Shown here: piece by piece, positions 56,594 through 64,000 of the stretch
How positions within the stretch are numbered: the stretch's first letter is position 1
How the letters are laid out: every line of letters starts with the position of its first letter
Source of the DNA: the human T2T-CHM13v2.0 reference genome, Homo sapiens
Strand: one strand, 5' to 3'
Assembly (NCBI RefSeq): GCF_009914755.1
Contig: NC_060931.1
DNA length: 64,000 bases
The notes under the pieces: model-generated
Told to the model about the DNA's origin: nothing
What the model saw: the letters and a program-made list of their open reading frames with translations, nothing else
Database searches by the model: none
Position numbers and translations under genes: made by a program

Positions 56594-57792
56594 TCCAACA
56601 CAAAGAGAGGAAGACAAAGTTTCCATTGTCATGAATAGGCAGCCTTCTTTCTTTACACCGTAATTGAACCCTTCCCTAGCTCCACTTCACCCCTTTCTTG
56701 ATTTTTCGTCATGATATAAAACGTCTGAGTGAGCATTGAGTATGTATTTCCTGGGAGTAAACCCAGAGAATGGGTTTTTCTACTCTGATAAGAAAGGGCG
56801 CAGTAGCTGGTTCTATTAGGTCATTTAATCTAATATGTGTAAGATCAGCATTACATCAGACTTGCCAATTCCAGATTCTGCTTTAAAGAGTGAGTTTGGT
56901 AGAACCAGTTTAGGTAAAAACAATAACTTAATCATAACTAAAGATTTGATTTTTCAATGACTCACTCTATTTTCATGAACAAGTTAAATGCCCCAGTAAA
57001 TTCCATGTATTGAGTTTAAGTGAGCATATAAACATTAGGGACATTTAAAATCTACTTCCAGTCACAAAAGGGCAGAGTCTTGATATCTTTAAGAACAGAG
57101 AAAAGGAAGCCATAGATTCTTCCAATCACCCAAAGAAAAACAATTAACAAGGAAATGATGGCAGAGGATAAAACGTGATACGTCAATCTCAAAGTGAGAT
57201 GGTTCAGCTTGCCACCTCTTCTCAGTCACCATCTCTTTAAATGTGGAATATGATCCTTAGAAAGAACATCCGATCACCTTATTAACACTTTCTAATTCTA
57301 CAGTGAAAGCAGGGCATATAGATAGCTGTATTGATCACATTGATTAAAAACATTTTTTTCAATGGGAAAAAATACATTTAACAAGAAATTCAACAAATAA
57401 CACACTAGGGAAAACAAGGCTTTTTCCGAAGATATTTTACAGAAACAAATGCAATGTTACATATATTTTGTAAAATTATCTTAAAATTATACTGAATACA
57501 TGTCCCAAATTATTGTTAACCTATTTTTATTCAAATATGTTTATGCTTTAAATGAAACACAGAGATTTTAATTAGTTTCACAGTCAAAATTATTTTTGTA
57601 GGCCTTTATTAACTCATGAAAAGTTCACTTGCTATAAATAGAGCCTTAACATAAAGTGATTTTCGGTTCTTTAGCACAATTTTTAAAACAATTTCTCCAA
57701 CAGAATTAAGTGAAATCTCATTTATCTTAAAGCAAATTAGAGGACTTATAAAAAATCTTTCCATTTCTATAGAGATGAAGGAAATTTTAATA

Positions 57793-57973
57793 CAGTGGTT
57801 CTCAAACTGGGGTCCCTGGACCAGAAACATCTGCATCACCTGGGAAGTGATTAGAAATGCAAGTGATCAGGCCAGACCCTCTGAATGAGAAATTCTGGTG
57901 GTCGAGCCCAGCAGTCTGTTTCACCAAGCCCCCGCCAGATCGTTTTGCTGCTGCTGAAGTTGAAGAACCACTG
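57793..57973. mobile_element. MER5A hAT-Charlie MITE
   Basis: Perfect 10-nt inverted termini cagtggttct/agaaccactg and MER5 core. Confidence 0.88.
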
Positions 57974-58369
57974 CCGTAATGATTGCCTGGTCTAAGGCCT
58001 TGACAATGAGACTGGAGCATGTTTGGCAGCGTGCTTTGAGAAGCTCCTAGTGAAACCAATGCTGACCTCCTAAGTCAGTACTCAAGCACCATACTGTAGT
58101 TTGTTTTAAACAGCTGGAAGTCACCAATTGTTCAAAAACAGTGTGTATTACATAATCAATTTCAAAAGATTATGTAAAGAATAAATGAGGATATTTGTAA
58201 GGTGCTTAGTGTGCTTATGTATGTGTGCTAAATGTGCTATGCCTTACACATAGAGGACACAATTTTAATGTGGATAATTGGTATTCAAATTATTACTCTT
58301 AAATCACATTCTCTTTTCTCAAAGCAAAAAGAATAAAGAAAAACGCAATACATTCTAGTCATTGAACAT

Positions 58370-58545
58370 TTATAGACATTTAAACCCAAGGGGAACACTA
58401 GAGGTCATTTGGTTCAAGTTCCTTGTTTTACTGGTGAGAAAACTGAAGACCAGAGAGGCCAAGTGACAGGTCCACAGTCTCATAGGGAGTAAGGGAGTAA
58501 TGGACAAAGATTAGAAACCGCAGCTCTCAACTCTTTGACTAGTGT
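58370..58545 (-). mobile_element. MIR remnant
   Basis: ttttactggtgagaaaactgaagaccagagaggccaagtgac. Confidence 0.7.
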
Positions 58546-59074
58546 CTTGTAGAGGAAGCCTTTCATGCTGTACTCATTATGACAACAACAATATTTTCTA
58601 TGAAATTTTCTCCTTTGGCCTTACTAATTATTATCCAGTGCTAACCTCTCTGTCTCTACTCCCTCACATATAAACTGACACTATTATTCAAAATTACAAA
58701 ACTATTTATTAGGGTTAAAACTTTCTAGATGTACATAAATAGAAAATCAATGTAAAATATACATGCAAAAGATACACATTTCTACAATGTTCAGTGAAAT
58801 CTTGATGCTGAACATCAGATACATTTCAGATGCTGTATGTGTACAAATTCAACTTTCCTATGTATATGTGGTCACTTTATTTTGTGCTGTGGACCAGTAA
58901 ATACATATGCAAGAAACAAACCTTCGACATGCCATTTGATTCTGAAAAAATGTCTTTGGATTATCCCACCAATCATATTGATGTTCTTTAGAACTTCACT
59001 CTCACTAAACCATACAGCAGCATGTGGGAGAAAAGTTCATACAGAAGGAGGAGGGACTTACTTCTCCTCCTTGC

Positions 59075-59300
59075 GATTATTATTGCGATTAAGGATTATT
59101 ATTAATTCTTAAAGATTAAGATTATTATTAATTATTAATTGTAATTATTAATTCTTAAAGATTATTAATTATAATATTAAATTATATTATTAATTCTTAA
59201 AGATTATTAATTATAATATTAAATTATAATTATTAATTCTTAAAGATTATGAATTATAATATTAAATTATAATTAATTCTTAAAGATTAAGATTATTATT
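59075..59300. repeat. AT-rich minisatellite (~40-50 bp unit)
   Basis: Five copies of ttaattcttaaagatta with ttaattataatattaaattata-type spacers. Confidence 0.9.
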
Positions 59301-60160
59301 GTGAATAAGAAGAAAAATGATCTAATTTAATGTAAAAACCCTCCAGTGACATCATTGTTCATTATTCTCTTTTTCTTTTATATTACCTCAAAAATTCCTT
59401 AGATATAAACAATTACAGAAAACATAACAATAGCACAATATAAAAATTCAAGTCCTTCAACTTCCAGTTATAGCATTGTACAAATTTGAGTGTATGCATG
59501 TTCTCTTTTGCATGTTCACATTACACATTCAAGGCTGATTAGTAGCAGCAGTGTTTCTCAGCCCAATGCCATCCATTGATTTAGCATTCTATTCCTTCCA
59601 GAAACCTAGTCATCCCCAAACTGAGAACTTTATATAGTATGTTCTACATTACAGGCCATGAAAATGTGCTGTATCCATTTATTAGTATGAACAGTTAATG
59701 ACACACTATTGAATGCTTCTACTTAATTGTTTCATATAAAGGCTTTAACACAAAGGAGGTAGAGGATCTGTGGCTTATACAGAAAAATTATTATGTTTCA
59801 AGCTGGGCACTTAATTCAAATCTTATCCTAAGTCACGCATCATTAGACAAAAAGCCTGAGGAACTGAAAGAACCATGTAAACATTTTCTGCTTTCAAAAT
59901 GCTTAAAGAAGTTTTAGATTAATGGGATTTGATACTTTTAATGATGTCAAAGATGGTATATAAGTGCCTTATTATTTCATTGACTTACTGCCAAATATTG
60001 AAGGCAATTCATGATTACTAATTTAATCTTTTCTGATTATGAAAATCCATTATAGCAAGAAAAAATATAAAGTTCAGAAAAGTAGAAACTATTTATTTAA
60101 AAATTAGAATATATTTATACAAACAGAATGTTTGGACATGGGCTTAAAATTCCTCTGGAA

Positions 60161-60441
60161 GGCTGGGAGCAGTGGCTCATGCCTGTAATCCTAGCACTCT
60201 GGGAGGCCGAGGCAGGTGGATGACCTGAGGTCAGGAGTTCCAGACCAGTCTGGCCAAAATGGTAAAACCTTGTCTCCACTAAAAATACAAAAATTACCCG
60301 GACAAGGTGGTGCATGCCTGTAATCCCAGCTACTTGGGAGGCGGAGGCAGAAGGATCTTTTGAACCCAGGAGGTGGAGGTTGCAGTGAGTCAAGATTGAA
60401 ACACCGCACTCCAGTCTGGGCAACAGAGCCAGACTCTGGCT

Positions 60442-60472
<31 letters not shown>
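60161..60472 (+). mobile_element. AluS (antisense within the MACC1 3'UTR)
   Basis: Full dimer, ~30-nt A tail, imperfect TSD aaaattcctctggaa / aatttcccctggaa. Confidence 0.95.
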
Positions 60473-60476
<4 letters not shown>

Positions 60477-60956
60477 CCCTGGAAGGATTTGTTACAAGAT
60501 TATAAAATATATTTGTGTGTATTAATATTAGAACCATTGTTTCATCCTCAAATTACAGAGATCTTGTTTTTCATTTTTTTAAACTCTTATTATTCTCAAT
60601 CACAATCATAATACATGATGCAATGTAAACCTTAAATTATTTATTTAATCTTACTACACTAATCAGCTAACAAGATCTCTGTCTTCTTAGATCTTGGAGC
60701 CTGGAAAAACCCAGTTATTAATCCCCACTATCCCTTCCCAAAATTCTCTGGTTAGCTGACATGTTAATAAGATTCCAAGAATGTTCTAAAGAAAGCAAAA
60801 TCACCACAAAAAAGGACTGTGTTCTGAAAGTAAAAACTGTGCTTTTTTTTCCTTCTCTCATAATTTATTTTTAATTAAAATAAATTCTGTCCTTGAATGT
60901 GTATACATAATTATTTGGTCAGGCTGTGTTCCCTTATAATCAAATATAAATACTGA

Positions 60957-61261
<305 letters not shown>

Positions 61262-61449
61262 AAGATTATTCTTAAACGCCAATTTGAATTACCATTGCCA
61301 GCATACCAAATATCCCAGGGTGGGTATATTAAAAGCCCTAAAAAGATTCTGCTTTTACTTTTTAGCCAAATGGACATCTTTTATTCAGGTTCCCAAAACA
61401 AAATCCTTCTTTGGCTTACCCACATTTCTTTGAGGCTGTGTGTTTTCTT

Positions 61450-61945
61450 TCTAAATTCTAGCAGCCTTAATGGCCCTAATGTGGCTTCTTCTTGCTCCAT
61501 CCTCATCTCAACCTTGAATCTTTTATCCTTTCACTCCTTCACCCCTGCTATCTGCACCTATTCAGCTCCCACCCATCTAAGAGCTTCAGTGCTTTGTGGG
61601 ATCACCGCTTACACCCCACCACACCAGGACAATGCCTACTCTTCCTTGAGGTTCATTATTTCTTTCCAAGAACAAATTTCCCTGACCCACCCCCACTTCC
61701 AGTTTCACATGATGGCATCTCTACGTTTATATCTCGTAGCATCACAGCCTCTCCATTGCAACTGTTAGTATGCATGCCATTTTCTATTTAACGGTGTCAT
61801 TTTTTAAAATTATCTATTACTTAGCACTACTAAAGTCAGAGTTCATGCTGGTTTTTTCCCATTAGCCTCAAGCATCTATATGCCTGCCAAAAAATAGACA
61901 CATATACTCTACCTATTGACTGAATGACAATAAATGAATGTCTGT
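61450..61945 (+). mobile_element. L2 3' remnant
   Basis: Degenerate L2 ending ...attgactgaatgacaataaatgaatg. Confidence 0.55.
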
Positions 61946-62113
61946 CCAAATACACACATAAACACTGGCAGGCAACCAGAGGATTGAACAGAGGAGTAAG
62001 CAAAATACATCTCTTTGTGAACTTTGTCAGCCATTAGCATTTATACTGACCCAGGGTCCTATACAATTTTTGTCCTATATAATCAATTAGGCTGTGCTTT
62101 ATAAAACACTGTG

Positions 62114-62115
<2 letters not shown>

Positions 62116-62152
<37 letters not shown>
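62116..62152. repeat. (CA)n microsatellite, (UG)n in MACC1 mRNA
   Basis: About 18 uninterrupted AC units. Confidence 0.95.
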
Positions 62153-62155
<3 letters not shown>

Positions 62156-63092
62156 GTTTGCATGAGCATGCCAACATAAAGATATCAGTGTTTTCGGTGG
62201 TTAAGACCTCTCTACTCAACAGGGTAATCAAGTTAATCAAGTTTCTGGTGGTGGTGGTTTTTAATAACTCGTATTATTAAAAATCTCCAAGAGCTAAAGA
62301 ACTATTTTACATTACAATCCTGCAGAAAAAGTCCCAAATTAGGCAGGATTAGAGAGGTCCCAAGATGCTGAAGGGAGCTGATGAAAACACTAGGTCCATG
62401 CATGCAGACAACAGATTTCTGATAAGTCATATTTTCCTTCTGTCAGTCTTTCAAGAGACGATGAAAAAGAGTAGCAAGTCTCACTTAAAATGAAACGGCA
62501 ACTGTTTCCCTGTAAGTCTTAACACGCATTTTGTTTTTACTATTCTGTTATGCAGTATGATTTTTTAAAAAGAAATAGAAACAGGTTTTTCAAGCAGAAA
62601 ACCTACTTTGTACTGGCTATGTAGCCTCAGACGTTCTCTCCACTTCTGAGTTTCTCCCCATGAAAAATGGGGGTGATGCTGGTGAACCCCACTGATGAAC
62701 TGAAGAGGTCAGGTGTGGAAAGCGGGCAGCCGTGACTGGCCACAGGGTGTGTGCTTGCTTCCCCTCTTTCTAGCTGCCTCCTGGGAACACTGCCTTGATC
62801 ATGTTGATAGTCTCTAGTTTACCCAGATATCTGTGTGATGTAATTATTCAAACAGCTTTGACTTAGTAAATTTAAAATAACACTGAAAGAGAGAGAGGGC
62901 ACTTTTCTTTTTTCTTTCCTTTCTAAGAACAAAGCAGCCTAATACTTGTATTTGAAACATACACAAAAATACATATTTGAGGATAAAACCCATCTTGGTT
63001 ATCAGTTAGGCTGTGCTTTCATCAGGAAAAAAAAACTGGTTTTGAGCATGAAGAAAATTAATATAATGCTTTTCTGAGATTCTTTCTTTCCT

Positions 63093-63190
63093 ACACACAC
63101 ACACACACACACAGACACACACACACAGACACACACACACAGACACACAGAGACACACACAGACACACACAGACACACACACACACACAC
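63093..63190. repeat. Compound (CA)n/(CAGA) microsatellite, (UG)n in MACC1 mRNA
   Basis: ~98-nt CA tract with periodic GA interruptions. Confidence 0.95.
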
Positions 63191-63233
63191 CATTACCTCA
63201 TTTTCCCTCCCATCAAAAACACACGCTTTGTTT

Positions 63234-63446
63234 CTATACTTCCTCAGAAGTGGAGAATGCAGTTACTCTCAAAACCTCCAAAGAATTTACTAGTATTAAA
63301 ACTCCAGTTAATTCTCTCCAGTGTTTAGTCACAGGGTTTTTCATTCTGTCCAAAGCTGACTGAAGGTCTTGTAACACATCTCTGTAGTTATTTCCATAGT
63401 GAGCACTCCAGGTATACAGAAAATCATAGGCAGGTTTCCACATCAT
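63234..63446 (-). CDS. MACC1: Terminal coding exon of MACC1 (metastasis-associated in colon cancer 1), C-terminal 70 aa
   Basis: Translation [70 protein letters not shown] recognised as the MACC1 C-terminus (paralogous to the SH3BP4 tail); phase-0 acceptor ttttttttctttatAG| at 63448-63447; TAG stop at 63236-63234. Confidence 0.93.
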
Positions 63447-64000
63447 CTATAAAGAAAAAAAATAGATTGGAGTAGTGTGGAAGTAGAAAGGAGAGGAAAA
63501 TCGTTTTTAAAAAAAAGATGTAAAAAGCCTCTTAAGATTTAAGATAAAACGGAATACCAATTACACATGGACTTATTTGATGTCATAGAAAATATGGTTT
63601 AATAACTATCAGCTTCCTGTTATATCCCTGTGTTTTTAAAACTAGAGATTTTAAAAATAATAACTACAAATAGGGCCTTTTTTCCCTTGATCCATCATCT
63701 ATACATTGCTGTTGCTTTCATGTGAATATAAAATTCCTTGCACAATTTTTTGATGGTAACAAATGTTATTGAGATAGGCTTTTTACTATTTGAGAGACTT
63801 TTAGAGTTAATTATTATTATTATACCTATCTGTGGTGAGTTTTATGACACCAAATAATGTATCAGGAGAGAAATAGTATATTTAACATTTTAAATTATTT
63901 TACTCGAGCAAGTCTATAAACAAGCAAAAATCTAGCTTCTTGATCAAGTCAAGATGAAAGCAAAAATATAATTCTCTAATTTAAAATATTTATTTCATGA
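63447..64000 (-). other. MACC1: 3' end of the last MACC1 intron (polypyrimidine tract and AG)
   Basis: Plus strand ctataaagaaaaaaaa = minus strand ttttttttctttatag immediately before the exon. Confidence 0.88.

Noticed and set aside
59075-59300. CRISPR-like repeat-spacer appearance
   Set aside because: Spacers are near-identical AT-only sequence in a primate genome with no cas genes; it is a minisatellite
61295-61791. Overlapping + strand ORFs (157 and 99 aa) antisense to the MACC1 3'UTR
   Set aside because: Non-ATG starts, largely within a decayed L2, no recognisable domain
63234-63446. Stand-alone 70-aa gene starting at the ATG
   Set aside because: The ATG directly follows a canonical splice acceptor; this is the last exon of a larger gene whose other exons lie outside the window

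Overview
AT-rich, repeat-dense primate (almost certainly human) genomic DNA, not prokaryotic. The only host coding sequence is the terminal exon of MACC1 on the minus strand (63446-63234, C-terminus ...[11 protein letters not shown]...STSEEV*), followed by a long 3'UTR running leftwards to roughly 56.9-57.6 kb; this places the window at chr7p21.1 just downstream of MACC1. The rest is mostly transposon-derived: a 2-LTR HERV-H provirus (42999-48847, CTTAT target-site duplication), a ~6 kb old L1PA with a nested younger L1PA and a THE1 LTR, an internally deleted L1MA, a 5'-truncated L1PA4-like copy, MER4/MLT/MST/LTR16 solo LTRs, about ten Alus, and MIR/L2 and DNA-transposon fossils. Almost all ORFs in the supplied track are repeat-derived or random. 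I found no clearly novel gene system. The best leads are regulatory: a 5' splice site 37 nt after the MACC1 stop abutting a ~100-nt UG tract, an inverted Alu pair, an AU-rich minisatellite and five miR-218 seed matches in the 3'UTR, TATA asymmetry between the HERV-H LTRs, and an unexplained double hairpin with H/ACA-like boxes at 24.6 kb. Repeat subfamily names are from recognition by eye and need RepeatMasker/Dfam confirmation.
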